From Limnothrix sp. BL-A-16 (GTDB lineage Bacteria; Cyanobacteriota; Cyanobacteriia; CACIAM-69d), in NCBI GenBank assembly GCA_041937175.2, contig CP166615.1, positions 2,624,001 to 2,688,000 of the forward strand: 64,000 bases of DNA, written 5' to 3'. Positions 11,689 to 23,415 of the stretch are shown here, in pieces (the first letter of the stretch is position 1; the number at the start of each line of letters is the position of its first letter). The translations under genes were made by a program, and so were the position numbers. The notes under the pieces were generated by a model that saw nothing but the letters and a program-made list of their open reading frames with translations, ran no database searches and was not told where the DNA came from.

Positions 11689-12108
11689 TTACGACTGGAT
11701 GTCTTCGCGAACAATAAACTTGGTCTTCACGGGCATCTTGAACGCGGCCAGGCGCATTGCTTCGCGAGCCGTCTCTTCAGCAACACCCTTGATTTCGTAC
11801 AGGATCCGACCGGGCTTGATCACGGCCACCCAGAACTCCGGTGCCCCCTTACCGGAACCCATCCGGGTTTCTGCGGGGCGCATGGTCACGGGCTTATCCG
11901 GGAAGACGCGGATCCAGATTTTGCCGCCCCGACGGATGTAACGGGTCATGGCTCGACGACCGGCTTCGATTTGGCGAGCCGTAATCCAGCCGCATTCCAG
12001 CGATTGCAGGGCAAAATCCCCAAAATTCAGCGAACTGCCCCGAGTGGCGAGGCCCCGCATCCGGCCGCGTTGTTGCTTGCGGAATTTTGTTCTTCTTGGA
12101 CTGAGCAT
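11689..12108 (-). CDS. rplP: 50S ribosomal protein L16
   Basis: [12 protein letters not shown]...[12 protein letters not shown]. Confidence 0.98.
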   Translation of the reverse strand: MLSPRRTKFRKQQRGRMRGLATRGSSLNFGDFALQSLECGWITARQIEAGRRAMTRYIRRGGKIWIRVFPDKPVTMRPAETRMGSGKGAPEFWVAVIKPGRILYEIKGVAEETAREAMRLAAFKMPVKTKFIVREDIQS

Positions 12109-12111
12109 GGA

Positions 12112-12843
12112 TTATTCCTCGTTCGAGCGGTCTTCAAACTGCTGACGACGACGGGGCTGGCGACGACGCGGCGCAGGCTGATTCGCCGGGGCCACTTCCT
12201 CTTGTCCAGGAATGATCTCGCCCTTGAACACCCACACCTTGATCCCCAACACCCCATAGATGGTGCTGGCGGTGCGATAGCTGTAGTCAATGTCCGCCCG
12301 CAGGGTATGCAGGGGCACGCGACCTTCCCGCGTCCATTCCGATCGGGCAATTTCTGCACCGTTCAAACGACCGCCGACTTGGATTTTGATCCCTTCGATA
12401 CCAGCGCGCTGGGCCCGTTGGATCGCCTGGCGGACAACCCGCCGGAACGACACCCGCCGCTCCAGTTGCTGGGCGATGTACTCGGCAATCAAGGTGGCAT
12501 CGGCATCGACGCGGGCCACTTCGATCACGTTGATCCGAATCTGGCGATCGCGGCTACCCAGCAGGTTTTGCAGACCGACTCGCAGGGTTTCAATCCCGCT
12601 GCCGCCCCGGCCCACGACCACACCCGGACGAGCAGTGTGAACTTCGAGATCGATTTGGTCAGCCTTGCGCTCAATCCGTACCTTGGCAATGCCGGCATTG
12701 TTCAGGTTCTTCTCAACGTATTGCCGGATTTTGTGGTCTTCCTGCAACAGGCTGGAATAACGCGACGGATCTGCAAACCAGCGCGAGCGGTGCTCTTGGG
12801 TAATGCCGAGTCGCAGGCCGACGGGGTGAATTTTCTGTCCCAT
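12112..12843 (-). CDS. rpsC: 30S ribosomal protein S3
   Basis: [36 protein letters not shown]. Confidence 0.98.
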   Translation of the reverse strand: MGQKIHPVGLRLGITQEHRSRWFADPSRYSSLLQEDHKIRQYVEKNLNNAGIAKVRIERKADQIDLEVHTARPGVVVGRGGSGIETLRVGLQNLLGSRDRQIRINVIEVARVDADATLIAEYIAQQLERRVSFRRVVRQAIQRAQRAGIEGIKIQVGGRLNGAEIARSEWTREGRVPLHTLRADIDYSYRTASTIYGVLGIKVWVFKGEIIPGQEEVAPANQPAPRRRQPRRRQQFEDRSNEE

Positions 12844-12864
12844 GGTTTCCTCGTCTCCTTATGC

Positions 12865-13221
12865 TTAGGCTTCTGCCGCCGGAGCAACCGCCACGGTGAT
12901 GTGGCAGGTGGGCTTGCGGATTTGGTAGGCGCGACCTTGGGCGCGAGGGCGGAATCGCTTCAGGGTGGGGCCCTGATCAGCGAAGGCCGTGCTCACTACC
13001 AAGGAGGTAGCATCGAAACCGTTGTTGTTTTCTGCATTGGCAGCAGCCGATCGCAGCAACTTGCGAACGATTTCGCAGGCGCGATAGGGCATAAATTGCA
13101 GAATAATCAGCGCTTCGGCGTAGCTGCGACCACGGATTTGGTCGAGGACGCGGCGAACTTTGCGGGGGGACATCCGCACGAAGCGCACGCTTGCTTTGAC
13201 TTCGTTGGGACTAAGTGCCAT
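12865..13221 (-). CDS. rplV: 50S ribosomal protein L22
   Basis: [13 protein letters not shown]...[12 protein letters not shown]. Confidence 0.98.
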   Translation of the reverse strand: MALSPNEVKASVRFVRMSPRKVRRVLDQIRGRSYAEALIILQFMPYRACEIVRKLLRSAAANAENNNGFDATSLVVSTAFADQGPTLKRFRPRAQGRAYQIRKPTCHITVAVAPAAEA

Positions 13222-13242
13222 ATCTGAGCGATCCTCCGGGGG

Positions 13243-13521
13243 TTACTTGCGTCCTTTCTTGTCGCCCTTGGTGTGGCCTTTGAAGGTGCGCGTGGGAGCA
13301 AATTCCCCCAGCTTGTGGCCCACCATTTGCTCGTTGACGTACACGGGGACGTGTTGCCGGCCGTTGTGGACGGCGATCGTGTGACCCACCATTTGCGGCA
13401 GGATCGTGGAAGCCCGTGACCAGGTTTTGATCACTTGCTTTTCGCCCTTGACGTTCAGCGCTTCTACTTTTTTGAGCAGCTTGTCAGCAACGAAGGGACC
13501 TTTTTTCAGAGAACGAGACAT
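13243..13521 (-). CDS. rpsS: 30S ribosomal protein S19
   Basis: [10 protein letters not shown]...[13 protein letters not shown]. Confidence 0.98.
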   Translation of the reverse strand: MSRSLKKGPFVADKLLKKVEALNVKGEKQVIKTWSRASTILPQMVGHTIAVHNGRQHVPVYVNEQMVGHKLGEFAPTRTFKGHTKGDKKGRK

Positions 13522-13619
13522 ACGCTTTAGGAACTCTTAGGGATTCGCGATCTCAAGCAGCGATCGCCCAGGACTGGAGGGTTAAACCAACGGGCGGGCG
13601 ATCGCCACACTGAAAAAAC

Positions 13620-14483
13620 CTATGCGTTGCGACCGCCGCGACCGCGCTTGGACGACTTACGACGACGACGCACAATGAGTTTGGTGCTGGCTTTCCGCTT
13701 GTCGCGGGTTTTGCGACCCAAAGCGGGTTTACCCCAAGGGGTCACCGGGCCAGAACGCCCAATGGGCGCACGACCTTCACCACCACCGTGGGGGTGATCC
13801 ACCGGGTTCATGACGCTACCGCGCACTTCCGGACGGCGACCCAACCAACGCTTGCGGCCGGCTTTACCCAGGCTCAGGTTGCGGTGTTCGGAGTTGCCGA
13901 CGCTGCCGATGGTGGCCATGCACTCTTTACGGACTTTGCGCACTTCCGTGGAAGGCAGCTTCAAGGTGACGTAGTTGCCTTCTTTGGCGACCACTTCAGC
14001 ACCGGAACCCGCAGAACGGGCCATTTGCGCACCGCGACCCGCCACCAACTCAATGTTGTGGACGGTCGTACCCAAGGGCATGTTGGCCAAGGGCAGCGCA
14101 TTACCCACTTCGATCGGGGAATCGGGACCCGCCACGATCGTTTGGCCCACTTGCAGACCAACGGGGGTGATGATGTAGCGCTTTTCGCCGTCTTCGTATT
14201 GCACCAACGAAATGCGCGCATTCCGGTTGGGGTCATACTCGATCGACAGCACTTCAGCGGTCATGCCCAGCTTGTCGCGCTTGAAGTCGATCTTCCGGTA
14301 CAGACGCTTGTGGCCACCGCCCCGGTGACGACAGGTGATCCGGCCCAGGTTGTTGCGACCCTTGCGGCGGTGCTTGTAAGAAGTCAGGGACTTTTCGGGT
14401 TCGCTGCGGGTAATTTCCGCAAAGTCAGCCACGCTGGCTTGACGAACCCCGGGGGTATAAGGACGGAAGGTACGAATTGGCAT
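13620..14483 (-). CDS. rplB: 50S ribosomal protein L2
   Basis: [20 protein letters not shown]. Confidence 0.98.
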   Translation of the reverse strand: MPIRTFRPYTPGVRQASVADFAEITRSEPEKSLTSYKHRRKGRNNLGRITCRHRGGGHKRLYRKIDFKRDKLGMTAEVLSIEYDPNRNARISLVQYEDGEKRYIITPVGLQVGQTIVAGPDSPIEVGNALPLANMPLGTTVHNIELVAGRGAQMARSAGSGAEVVAKEGNYVTLKLPSTEVRKVRKECMATIGSVGNSEHRNLSLGKAGRKRWLGRRPEVRGSVMNPVDHPHGGGEGRAPIGRSGPVTPWGKPALGRKTRDKRKASTKLIVRRRRKSSKRGRGGRNA

Positions 14484-14504
14484 CGTCTTAAAACTCCTTC
14501 AGCG

Positions 14505-14831
14505 CTAGACTTCGGGGAACAGTTGAATCGAACTGCCTTCGGCCAGCGTGACGATCGCCCGCTTCACCTGAGGACGGTAACCCGACAGCCGACCCATTTT
14601 GCGGGTCTTGCGCGGCGGGTTGTAGGTGTTGACCTTCTGGACTTTCACCTCAAACAGACCCTCGATCGCTGCCTTGATGTCCAGCTTGTTGGCGCGGGGA
14701 TCCACGTCAAACACGTACTGGTTGTTTTCCAGCAAAATCGTGGCCTTTTCGGTGATGATCGGCCGGCGAACCACATCCGCCAACGTGCGATCGTCCAAGC
14801 GCGTTTTGTACTTAGGAGTGCGCTTAATCAT
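14505..14831 (-). CDS. rplW: 50S ribosomal protein L23
   Basis: PIITEKA...F.VKV.KVNT...KRAIVTL. Confidence 0.97.
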   Translation of the reverse strand: MIKRTPKYKTRLDDRTLADVVRRPIITEKATILLENNQYVFDVDPRANKLDIKAAIEGLFEVKVQKVNTYNPPRKTRKMGRLSGYRPQVKRAIVTLAEGSSIQLFPEV

Positions 14832-15459
14832 CGCCGTAAACCTCCTTGATCTTCTCCAGCGCGTCCGCCGTCACCACCACCTTGTCGGCATTCAGCAGGT
14901 CGAACACATTCAGGTTCGTTGCCAAAATCAACCGCAGGCTTTGGACGTTCCGGGCCGACAGCCAAACATTTTCATCTTGGTCAGCCACAATCAACAGCAC
15001 CTTCTGGCTCGCATCCACATCCCAACGGGCGAGAGCGGCCAACAGGTCTTTGGTCTTGGGCTGGCTGAGTTGGCTGGCAAAGTTTTCCACCACCACCAAA
15101 TCATCCAAGCGACCTTGGAACGCCGTGCGCAGGGCCAGGCGGCGCTCCTTCCGGTTCATCTTTTGCGAGTAGTCGCGGGGCTTGGGGCCAAAGATCACAC
15201 CACCACCACGCCACAGGGGAGAGCGGTTCGAGCCAGCACGGGCACGACCGGTTCCCTTTTGCCGCCAGGGCTTGCGACCACCACCGCGCACTTCCGAACG
15301 GGTCTTGGTGCTGACAGTACCTTGGCGAGCGTTCGCCAATTGACGCACCAAAGCCCGGTGCACAATGTGCTGGGCATTTTCTTCACGGGCGACGCGCAAG
15401 TCTAGCTCGGTCTTGCCGGCTTCCTTACCGTCCCAATCTTTCACAATGCAGTTGACCAT
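14824..15459 (-). CDS. rplD: 50S ribosomal protein L4
   Basis: [24 protein letters not shown]. Confidence 0.98.
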   Translation of the reverse strand: MVNCIVKDWDGKEAGKTELDLRVAREENAQHIVHRALVRQLANARQGTVSTKTRSEVRGGGRKPWRQKGTGRARAGSNRSPLWRGGGVIFGPKPRDYSQKMNRKERRLALRTAFQGRLDDLVVVENFASQLSQPKTKDLLAALARWDVDASQKVLLIVADQDENVWLSARNVQSLRLILATNLNVFDLLNADKVVVTADALEKIKEVYGDD

Positions 15460-15499
15460 TGCTGTGCTCCACGTTCGACGGACTTACGGGCGATCGCGC

Positions 15500-16144
15500 T
15501 TACTTTTGACGACCCACCAGGTTGGACGGTGCAATGCTGACCAGCGTCCCCGGTTTGCCCGGAACCGCACCCTTGATCAACACGATGTTGCGATCGGGGT
15601 CGATCCGCACAACCGTCAGCTTCTTGACCGTCACACGCTCATTGCCCATCCGGCCAGCCATGCGCTTACCGGGATAGACACGACCGGGGGTCGTACCCGC
15701 ACCCGTCGAACCGGGCAGACGGTGGTTTTTGGAACCGTGAGACATCGGCCCGCGACCGAAGTTGTGGCGCTTTTGGTAACCCGCAAAACCGCGACCAATG
15801 CTGTTCCCCGTCACGTCAACGATTTGACCGACTTCGATGCAGCGATCGGCGCGAATTTCTTCACCAAGGGCAAAACCAGCCACATCCGCCAAGCGGTATT
15901 CCCGCAGGTGACGCAGGGGCTTTGCATTGGCCTTGCTCAGGTGGCCAATTTCCGGCTTGCTGAGGGACTTTTCTTTGACTTCTTGAAAACCCAACTGAAC
16001 GGCCGTGTAGCCATCAGTCTCTTTGGTTTTGATTTGCGTAACGGTACAGGGGCCCGCTTGGATGACCGTTACCGGGATGGCCCGGCCCGTTTCATCGAAG
16101 ACTTGGGTCATGCCCAGCTTCGTACCTAGAATGCCAAGAGACAT
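15500..16144 (-). CDS. rplC: 50S ribosomal protein L3
   Basis: [32 protein letters not shown]. Confidence 0.98.
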   Translation of the reverse strand: MSLGILGTKLGMTQVFDETGRAIPVTVIQAGPCTVTQIKTKETDGYTAVQLGFQEVKEKSLSKPEIGHLSKANAKPLRHLREYRLADVAGFALGEEIRADRCIEVGQIVDVTGNSIGRGFAGYQKRHNFGRGPMSHGSKNHRLPGSTGAGTTPGRVYPGKRMAGRMGNERVTVKKLTVVRIDPDRNIVLIKGAVPGKPGTLVSIAPSNLVGRQK

Positions 16145-16530
16145 GGCGTTCTCCTTAGACTAGGGATGGTTAGGAGAGTCCTCCCCTCTAGCGTCAACCA
16201 GCCGCAACAAGAGCGCTTCTAGCACGTAAGGGCCAGAAGCACTTTCCCGACGGACTTTGAGTTTTGGGCACTCTGATTGACGTAGACTGACCGCTTATCT
16301 GCGCTGAGGAATCCTTGAGATTTTCAGTGCTCGGATGTCAGTCAACCGAGGGAAGATTTTGCGCTGGAGCGGTTTGCATCGTTGCAGCGCGTTTGCTTGC
16401 TAGGACTTAAGCAGCGATCTGCTCAGTATCCGGTTCAGCAAAAGTTGCCTGGAAAATTTGCCAGCTCGGCAAAGGTTGTGGTTTTAAGGTTGCGTAGCGC
16501 AGGAAACCACAATTTTGGCAACGGTTCAAT

Positions 16531-16559
16531 ATTATAGGGGTGTGGCAGGCTTTTGTCTA
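16531..16559 (-). promoter_or_regulatory. sigma70-type promoter of the ribosomal superoperon
   Basis: Minus strand TAGACA (16559-16554), 17-nt spacer, perfect TATAAT (16536-16531). Confidence 0.8.
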
Positions 16560-16632
16560 GCAATTGATGATTTTGCTACAAAACATGGCAACACACCCCT
16601 TGTCCCTTAGGTTAAAAATGGGGGCGAATGCT

Positions 16633-18789
16633 TTACCCCTTCACGATCGCCCCGAAATCTCCGAGCACCCTGGCATGATTCCGCAACAGGCCCAGCAGGT
16701 TCAGCCGGTTACGCCGTACCGCCTCGTCATCTACCATCACCATCACGCTTTCGGAACCATCAAAGAAGTTCGCGACCACGGCCGCCGCCTGAGCCAGTTG
16801 ATCGGCTAGGGGTTGGTAGTTACGGGTTTGGCGAGTGGCTTGGGTGATGGGCAACAGAGCAACTAGGGCATCATAAAACGCCTGTTCTGAAGGTTGCTCA
16901 AACAAGGCGGGCTTCACGGAAGCGGCGGGATCCAGATCGCTGAAGTTGAGATCGCCCTTGGTGGCCAGCTTGGAGGCGCGGTTAATGGTGGCATAAAGAT
17001 TAACCAATTGCCCCGATCGCCGCAGGGATTGCAAAAACTGCGCCCGTTGCAACACGTCGGCGGGGTCGTAGAGGGCCCGCAGGGCCGCATCCCGATCGCC
17101 CGGTTCTCCAACAACTGCCAAGGCCAAATCGTAATCAATGCCTTGCTCATCTTCGAGCAGGCTGCGGAACCGTTGCACGAAGAATTCTGCCAGTTGTGTC
17201 CCCATGCCAGACTCTGCCCAGCGATCGACCGATTCCGGCTCAATCAACGATTCCAAATTCAGAGACCAACCGGCATCCCAAATGATGTTCACCACGGCGT
17301 TGGCGGCCCGGCGCAGGGCAAAGGGATCGGAAGATCCGCTGGGCAGCAGGCCAATTCGGAACAGGCTGCACAGGGTATCGAGCCGATCGGCCAGGGCCAC
17401 AATGCGCCCGGTTTGGCTGCGGGGCAAGGCATCGCCCGCGCCTTTGGGTAGGTAATGCTCCCCGATCGCCACCGCCACCGCTGCCGGTTCCCCGCTGGCC
17501 CGGGCATACTTCTCGCCCATAATGCCTTGCAGCTCCGGGAACTCGAATACCATGCTGGTCACCAAGTCTGCTTTGCAAAGCAGGGCGGCCCAGTTCACCA
17601 AGTCCCGATCATCCGCCGACAATTGCAGTTGGTGGCAGAGCCGATCGGCCATGGATACGATCCGATCGACCTTGGCCCGCATACTGCCCAATTGGTCTTG
17701 GAAGGTGACCGTTTCCAATTTGGCCAAGTAACTTTCCAAAGGCTTGGCAATATCGGCCTTGTAGAAATACTGGCCATCGCTGAGGCGGGCCCGCACGACC
17801 CGTCCATTGCCCTCGGCGATGATGGCGGCCTTGGTCGGATCCCCATTACTGATGGTGATGAAGTTGGGCAACAGTTGATCGGGCTGGCCCGGTTGATGAA
17901 CGGGGAAATAGCGCTGATGGGTGACCATGACGGTTTTGGTCACTTCCGACGGCAGCTCCAAAAATTCTTGATCAAAGCCACCAATCACCGCCGTGGGGAA
18001 TTCCACCAAGTCCCGCACTTCTTCTAGCAAATCGGGGTCAATTTCCGCTTCTCCACCCAGTTGGGCCGCTGCGGCCTGGGTTTGCTGAATGATCAGCGCC
18101 TGCCGTTGATCGGGATTCACCAGCACGGAAGCCGCTGCCAGGGTGGCCACATAGTCGGTGGCCTGAGCGATCGAGACCGGTGCAGGATGCAACACCCGGT
18201 GTCCCGTCGTGACTCGATCGGCCGTCAGCACCTCCGCCGGGCGCGTTTCGGTAGCCGCTCGCACGGTCAAAGACACCGGCAACACTTGATCATCCCAAAG
18301 GGCAATCAGGCTGCGAATGGGCCGGGGGAATCGGAATTCGCCATCTCCCCAGCGCATAAACCGCTTCCCTTCAAGGGCCAGCACCCATTGGGGAGCCAAT
18401 TCCTGCAAGAGATCAGGGGTCGATCGCCCCGCCGTGAACACTTCCGCAAAAACAAATTCACCCTTGTCCGTGGCTCGCAACTCCAAATCGCTCAGGGCCA
18501 CACCGTTTTTGCGCGCAAATCCTTCGGCGGCCTTGGTGGGTTGCCCATCCTTGAAGGCCGCACTGGCCGGCGGCCCTTTGACCGCTTCCCGGCGATCGGG
18601 CTGGCGATCGGGCAACCCTTCAATCACCAGGGCCAAGCGGCGCGGCGTGGCAAACACCTGCACCGATGTGGCGCTTAGGTTGGCTTCCGCCAAGCTCTGG
18701 GGCAAGCGATCGCGCCACTGGCGCACCGCACTGGCCACAAAACTTGCGGGTAATTCTTCAGTGCCGACCTCAAACAAAAAAGCAGGCAT
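16633..18789 (-). CDS. glyS: Glycine--tRNA ligase beta subunit
   Basis: [37 protein letters not shown]. Confidence 0.97.
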   Translation of the reverse strand: MPAFLFEVGTEELPASFVASAVRQWRDRLPQSLAEANLSATSVQVFATPRRLALVIEGLPDRQPDRREAVKGPPASAAFKDGQPTKAAEGFARKNGVALSDLELRATDKGEFVFAEVFTAGRSTPDLLQELAPQWVLALEGKRFMRWGDGEFRFPRPIRSLIALWDDQVLPVSLTVRAATETRPAEVLTADRVTTGHRVLHPAPVSIAQATDYVATLAAASVLVNPDQRQALIIQQTQAAAAQLGGEAEIDPDLLEEVRDLVEFPTAVIGGFDQEFLELPSEVTKTVMVTHQRYFPVHQPGQPDQLLPNFITISNGDPTKAAIIAEGNGRVVRARLSDGQYFYKADIAKPLESYLAKLETVTFQDQLGSMRAKVDRIVSMADRLCHQLQLSADDRDLVNWAALLCKADLVTSMVFEFPELQGIMGEKYARASGEPAAVAVAIGEHYLPKGAGDALPRSQTGRIVALADRLDTLCSLFRIGLLPSGSSDPFALRRAANAVVNIIWDAGWSLNLESLIEPESVDRWAESGMGTQLAEFFVQRFRSLLEDEQGIDYDLALAVVGEPGDRDAALRALYDPADVLQRAQFLQSLRRSGQLVNLYATINRASKLATKGDLNFSDLDPAASVKPALFEQPSEQAFYDALVALLPITQATRQTRNYQPLADQLAQAAAVVANFFDGSESVMVMVDDEAVRRNRLNLLGLLRNHARVLGDFGAIVKG

Positions 18790-18974
18790 GGGAGCGCTGG
18801 AACTCGATGAACAGACTTGAAAAACCTAGCAGATCGCCAGCATAAACGATCCGAAACCATCCGACTGAGGGCGATTGTTTCATTGCCTTGCCTTCATTGC
18901 CTTGCCTTTGTGGACTGGCCTTCGTTAGCGCACCCGGACAGAAGCTTGGCCAAGCAACTCAGTTGCATCAACCG

Positions 18975-19652
18975 TCAGCCACCCTGGGTACGCCCCAGCC
19001 ACAGAATGCCCGCAATTACCAGTGTCACCAGCAGCAGCCCAAAGCCCAAAAAGCGATTCTCATGGACAATCAGGGCCGGATCGATCGGCTTTGGCTCGGG
19101 CATGGGACGCGATCGGGGCGATCGGCTCGGAGCCTGACCGGTGGCCGCCTTGAACCCCGCACCATCCGCCGCCTCCAAGCTCGACAGATCAGGAATTTCC
19201 GTCAACCATTCCGGGCGCTTGCTCAACACGGGCGCTTCCAAAATGGCCAACAACCGGCGAGCTTGCGATCGGGTTTCCAGGTGGGGATGTTTGGTCAGTT
19301 GCCGACACAATTGCAGCGCTGCATCTTGCAGGCCCGCCGCCTCATAGGCCGTCACCAACCACACCTGCATTTCCCCCCCCAAGCGCCCATTGGCCGGCAA
19401 CAGCGCCGCACCCGTTTCCAAAGACTCGATCGCCTCGCGATAGCGCCCTGCCTCAAACAGCATCCGCCCCTGGTCATAAAGTGTTTGGGCCCGATCTAGG
19501 GTCATGGCCTCAAAATCCGTTACCGGCTTTGGGTCGGCCGTCTCTGGCTCCATACCGGTTTCCACAGCACTCGCCCCCGATGCAGGGTTTAGCGATGAAT
19601 TCAGCGAGTGAAAGACTGCTTCTTGATCTGGTTGATCTTGCTCTGCCGCCAC
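18975..19652 (-). CDS. TPR-like protein with C-terminal membrane anchor
   Basis: Helical TPR-like segment (LYDQGRMLFEAGRYREAIESLE), C-terminal hydrophobic helix; start uncertain. Confidence 0.65.
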   Translation of the reverse strand: MAAEQDQPDQEAVFHSLNSSLNPASGASAVETGMEPETADPKPVTDFEAMTLDRAQTLYDQGRMLFEAGRYREAIESLETGAALLPANGRLGGEMQVWLVTAYEAAGLQDAALQLCRQLTKHPHLETRSQARRLLAILEAPVLSKRPEWLTEIPDLSSLEAADGAGFKAATGQAPSRSPRSRPMPEPKPIDPALIVHENRFLGFGLLLVTLVIAGILWLGRTQGG

Positions 19653-19779
19653 GCGATCGCCTCAAATTCCTCTCGGTTCAGAGCCTTTAGTGTAACGCCG
19701 TGCTCCATAACTCTTTACGCAGCGGCAAGACCTTGGGTTAATCTTAAGGGGCATTTTTTGAGAAATACCACCGCGCGCT

Positions 19780-20277
19780 ATGAAACGGCCGCTTGCGATC
19801 GCCGCCCTCACCAGCCTTGGCCTTGGTTTGGCAGGACTGCACATCAACGCCCAAGCCCAAGACCGCAGTGCCCCCGTGGTGGAATGTCGCCGCCCCGTGC
19901 CCCTGATGCCCGTTGGTGGCAATGACCCCGAAGTGGTGAAGCGGGTTTCGGCCCCTAGCCTGCTGTTCACGCGTAACAATTGGAACACCGATTTTGTGGT
20001 TCCCAGCAATCAAAGCTTTACCAGTTTTCGAGTCAACCTGTTTTTCAAAGACTCCGGCAGCTATCAATCTGAAATGTTTCTCAAATATGGGGACAGCAGC
20101 AACGATCAGTTCTATGACGAACGGGTAAATGCTGAGACAAATCAACTGGTACAAGTGCCTGCTTATCCACGTCGTCGTCCCGGCCAAAATATTCAACCGT
20201 TCCAGGTGAACGTGAAGGTGGGTAACACAGGATCGATCGGGAAAGTATATGTCGTTTCGGTGGATGCTTGCCGTTAG
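19780..20277 (+). CDS. Hypothetical secreted protein
   Basis: N-terminal signal peptide ending AQA; beta-rich body; two Cys near the termini. Confidence 0.7.
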   Translation: MKRPLAIAALTSLGLGLAGLHINAQAQDRSAPVVECRRPVPLMPVGGNDPEVVKRVSAPSLLFTRNNWNTDFVVPSNQSFTSFRVNLFFKDSGSYQSEMFLKYGDSSNDQFYDERVNAETNQLVQVPAYPRRRPGQNIQPFQVNVKVGNTGSIGKVYVVSVDACR

Positions 20278-21788
20278 TTTTTAGGGGCTTCTTCTAACCA
20301 ATAGACCAGCATTTCTCCTCGACCTTTCACAGCAATTAACCCCCGCTGAGTTAATCGATAAAGGCTCGCTTCTCCCCCCAGGCGATCGAATACCGCTTGC
20401 GTCACTTGGATTTTGCCCGGCAATCCTTGGGACTCCATTCGGCTGGCCACATTCACCGTGTCCCCCCACAGATCGTAAGCGAACTTTCGCAGCCCAATCA
20501 CGCCCGCCACCACCGGCCCCGAATGGAGACCAACCCGAATCGAGAGGGGGTAGCGGGACGTTTGATTCAATTGTTCCATCGCCCGTTGCATGGCCAACGC
20601 CATATCTGCCGCCGCCGCCGCGTGGTTCGGATTGGGATTCGGCAAGCCCGCCGCCGCCATGTAGGCATCCCCAATGGTCTTGATCTTTTCAAGACCATGG
20701 AACTCCGCCAATTGATCAAAGAGCGAAAACATTCGATTCAGCAACTCAATCGTTTCGCCCGGTTGCAGTTGCGAAGCCAGGGGCGTAAATCCCACTAAAT
20801 CTGCAAATAAAACCGTCACCTCTGGAAATAAGTCCGCAATCTGGGCTGAGTCGATCAAGAGTCGATCGGCAACACTACGGGGCAAAATATTCGTCAACAA
20901 TTGATCCGATCGCCGCTGTTCTTGGCGCAATTGTTTGCGAACTTCAAATTCCGTTCGCGATAGCCGTTCATAGAGACCAACCACCAAGGTTGACATCAAG
21001 GAAATCCAAACCATATCAAACAAAACTTGCCCAGGATCCAAAGGATCTGGAAAGATTGGCTGTCCCATCAAACCATTGGTCAAAAAATAGTTCACATAGG
21101 CAATCAGATGAGAAATCAGATGCCAATGCCAACGAAAGGGCAACACAGCCGCAATACTAAAAAAGCCCAATGTCCAACCCTTCAAATCGGGCATGACCGG
21201 TGTGCCCCAGTGGCTGGGTAAATTGGTCACCACCGAAATCGTGGTTGAAAGTAGTAAAAATAAACCAAATTGGGATGAAAAAATAACCGGATCCAAGCTC
21301 AAGCGCTCCGGTCGCTTCGACTGAATCAGCGGTGGCAATTTTCCACCCTGGCTTAAGGGCTTTGGGGTGATATTTTTAGGAGTCGTTTGCTGAGCAGCAG
21401 CAGGATAGGCCGAAATCGACGCAGGAGCCAAATATCGTTCAGTTAAAGACTGGGTTTCACGGCTGCCCGCAGCAATTAAAACAATCGCCATCAAATGGCG
21501 AATCAAGCGCACACTGAGCAGATCGCCTTTACTGGATTCCTCAAAGGCAATCAGAATTGAGAACGTGCTGAAATAAATGACTCCTAGGCGAAATCCCAGC
21601 ATCAAGCGCTGGTGAATCAGTGCCGATCGCCAGGCAACATAACTATCAAATTCCGCTTCATTGAGATGTCGCCCATCTCCCAAGAGGAGGTTTATGGAAC
21701 GGGTTAACCAAGCGCGCAACAGACTACGAAAGGATGGGCTACCTCTAGGGCGATTGCGCCAAATCCGTCGCCAAGGGGTCAAGGGCAC
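20274..21788 (-). CDS. Membrane-bound class III adenylate cyclase
   Basis: Several TM helices, then VLFADLVGFT, EKIKTIGDAYM, AYDLWGDTVNVASRMES (Lys/Asp ATP-specificity residues). Confidence 0.9.
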   Translation of the reverse strand: MPLTPWRRIWRNRPRGSPSFRSLLRAWLTRSINLLLGDGRHLNEAEFDSYVAWRSALIHQRLMLGFRLGVIYFSTFSILIAFEESSKGDLLSVRLIRHLMAIVLIAAGSRETQSLTERYLAPASISAYPAAAQQTTPKNITPKPLSQGGKLPPLIQSKRPERLSLDPVIFSSQFGLFLLLSTTISVVTNLPSHWGTPVMPDLKGWTLGFFSIAAVLPFRWHWHLISHLIAYVNYFLTNGLMGQPIFPDPLDPGQVLFDMVWISLMSTLVVGLYERLSRTEFEVRKQLRQEQRRSDQLLTNILPRSVADRLLIDSAQIADLFPEVTVLFADLVGFTPLASQLQPGETIELLNRMFSLFDQLAEFHGLEKIKTIGDAYMAAAGLPNPNPNHAAAAADMALAMQRAMEQLNQTSRYPLSIRVGLHSGPVVAGVIGLRKFAYDLWGDTVNVASRMESQGLPGKIQVTQAVFDRLGGEASLYRLTQRGLIAVKGRGEMLVYWLEEAPKN

Positions 21789-22079
21789 AGCAAGAGCAAG
21801 AGCAGGGAGAGATCGGAAAGTTTTGAAATTTTAACGGAATTCAGCGACGGAATTGAGCGACGGAGTTGAGCGATGGAACTAGGCAAATTCAGTTGTCAGG
21901 ATTTAGGATCATTCCCCTAGAAACTTCGACTGATCAGATCTGACTGATCACAGTAGGCAAATTTGCCTAAATTGGTTTGGAAATCGCTGGCAATCAATTG
22001 AAGTCGTGATCAGTCACTATTGACAGACGCAAATTGAAATTGCGGAAATGTCCTGAGAGGAAATGTCCTAAAAAACCAA

Positions 22080-22499
22080 TTAATTGGGACGGTAGGGATC
22101 GATCGAGGGATAGGGACCAAACTGCACCTGCCGCAATCCGCAGAGATCATAGGGCTGCTCTTCCAAGACCGTCTCGGAACCATCGGAATAAATGGCTTTG
22201 ATTTTGTAGTTACACCCGGACTGATAAAGGTTGTCGTAATTAAATTCCAAGTCGATCGCTTCGCCGGATTTTAAAATGCGATCGCCTAAGAGTTCTTGCC
22301 AATCCCCTGAATAGCGAGGTGCAATATAGAGGGCGTATAAACTACGAGCATTATTGTTGCGAAACCGAATACGCGCAATGCGGTTTTCTGGGCGAGTATT
22401 GTCCCATTGGGCGAAGGTTCCTTCGATCGCTGTGCCGAGGACTGTAACCCCGATCAGACCCATGGCAATCAGTTGGCTGCTCCACCGCTTGAAATTCAT
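22080..22499 (-). CDS. Hypothetical secreted protein
   Basis: Signal peptide ending TFA; beta-rich domain with two Cys. Confidence 0.7.
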   Translation of the reverse strand: MNFKRWSSQLIAMGLIGVTVLGTAIEGTFAQWDNTRPENRIARIRFRNNNARSLYALYIAPRYSGDWQELLGDRILKSGEAIDLEFNYDNLYQSGCNYKIKAIYSDGSETVLEEQPYDLCGLRQVQFGPYPSIDPYRPN

Positions 22500-22635
22500 A
22501 ACTCAGGCTCTCTGCGTGAGGTTGCAATTCAGAAAAAGATTGCGTCCAGTGTACGCGCGATTGTTCAGTCCCTGCTAGGGGATGGCAAAAATTATTGAGA
22601 GAATGCTGAGCAATTTCTGAGTCATTTCTGCGAAA

Positions 22636-23415
22636 TCACTCAGAATCCCATTGATCTTGTCGATTGTGGATCATTTTTAGCTCGTTCCGAACCCGATCGC
22701 CCAGTTTTAATGCTTCATCAAGTACCTGACCATATTCAAGGGCTTGATCCGTCACCAGTTGCATATGCTGACCCAGGGTGGCCCCTTCAAAGGCATCCAC
22801 TTGCGCCATCACCACATCTTGGTTTTCACGTAACACCCGTTCCACTTTCAAGGCATTTTCCAGCTCCGATCGCAATTGGCTCAAGGTGGCGATCGTTTGG
22901 GCTTGTTCCTCAGGGCTGATGACTTTTCCGGAGGCTTGGGCCAGTTGAGCCTTCACGTCCGTTGCCCGCACCAGCCGATTAAATTTTTCCACCTCTTGGG
23001 TCAAGGGCAGGAGTGATCGCAAGGTATCTTGTTTTTTCTCTTCATCCCGCGAAAACCAAATAGACATGGGAATACCCGTAAGCAGACAAATGCTCGCCGA
23101 CCAGCGCACAATGCTAATGATGCTAATTCCGGCAAGCAAGCCCAACAGACGAACTAAGTAAAACCCACCAATGGCAATTGGGATCACAAAAATTCCAAGC
23201 AAAATTGCCCAAATAATCGAAAACCAAAATCCATTCCAAGCATATTTTAAGCAACGCTTGCCGATCGCTTGCCATTTAGGTAGTTTACGATTTTGATGCA
23301 AGGCTTTAGACAGATCTTGAGCATCTTTAAAGGGAATGCCCGTTAGGGTTTGGAAGTCCGTAGGCGACAGGAGCAAAGTTTGCCAATTGGTTGTTTTTTC
23401 AGTCATATTTTTCAC
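22636..23415 (-). CDS. Hypothetical membrane protein with C-terminal coiled coil
   Basis: 259-aa ORF with 2-3 TM helices and a helical C-terminus. Confidence 0.7.
   Translation of the reverse strand: MKNMTEKTTNWQTLLLSPTDFQTLTGIPFKDAQDLSKALHQNRKLPKWQAIGKRCLKYAWNGFWFSIIWAILLGIFVIPIAIGGFYLVRLLGLLAGISIISIVRWSASICLLTGIPMSIWFSRDEEKKQDTLRSLLPLTQEVEKFNRLVRATDVKAQLAQASGKVISPEEQAQTIATLSQLRSELENALKVERVLRENQDVVMAQVDAFEGATLGQHMQLVTDQALEYGQVLDEALKLGDRVRNELKMIHNRQDQWDSE

Noticed and set aside
11302..13227. 641-aa plus-strand ORF antisense to rpsQ-rplV
   Set aside because: Shadow ORF: rpsS through rpsQ happen to share one frame, and codon bias removes antisense stops; no recognisable domains.
250..16144. 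Absence of rpsJ, rpsN, rpmD and rpsD from the ribosomal cluster
   Set aside because: Normal cyanobacterial arrangement, not a novelty.
21834..21880. Short tandem repeats as a possible CRISPR array
   Set aside because: 13-bp units without spacers, and no cas genes nearby.
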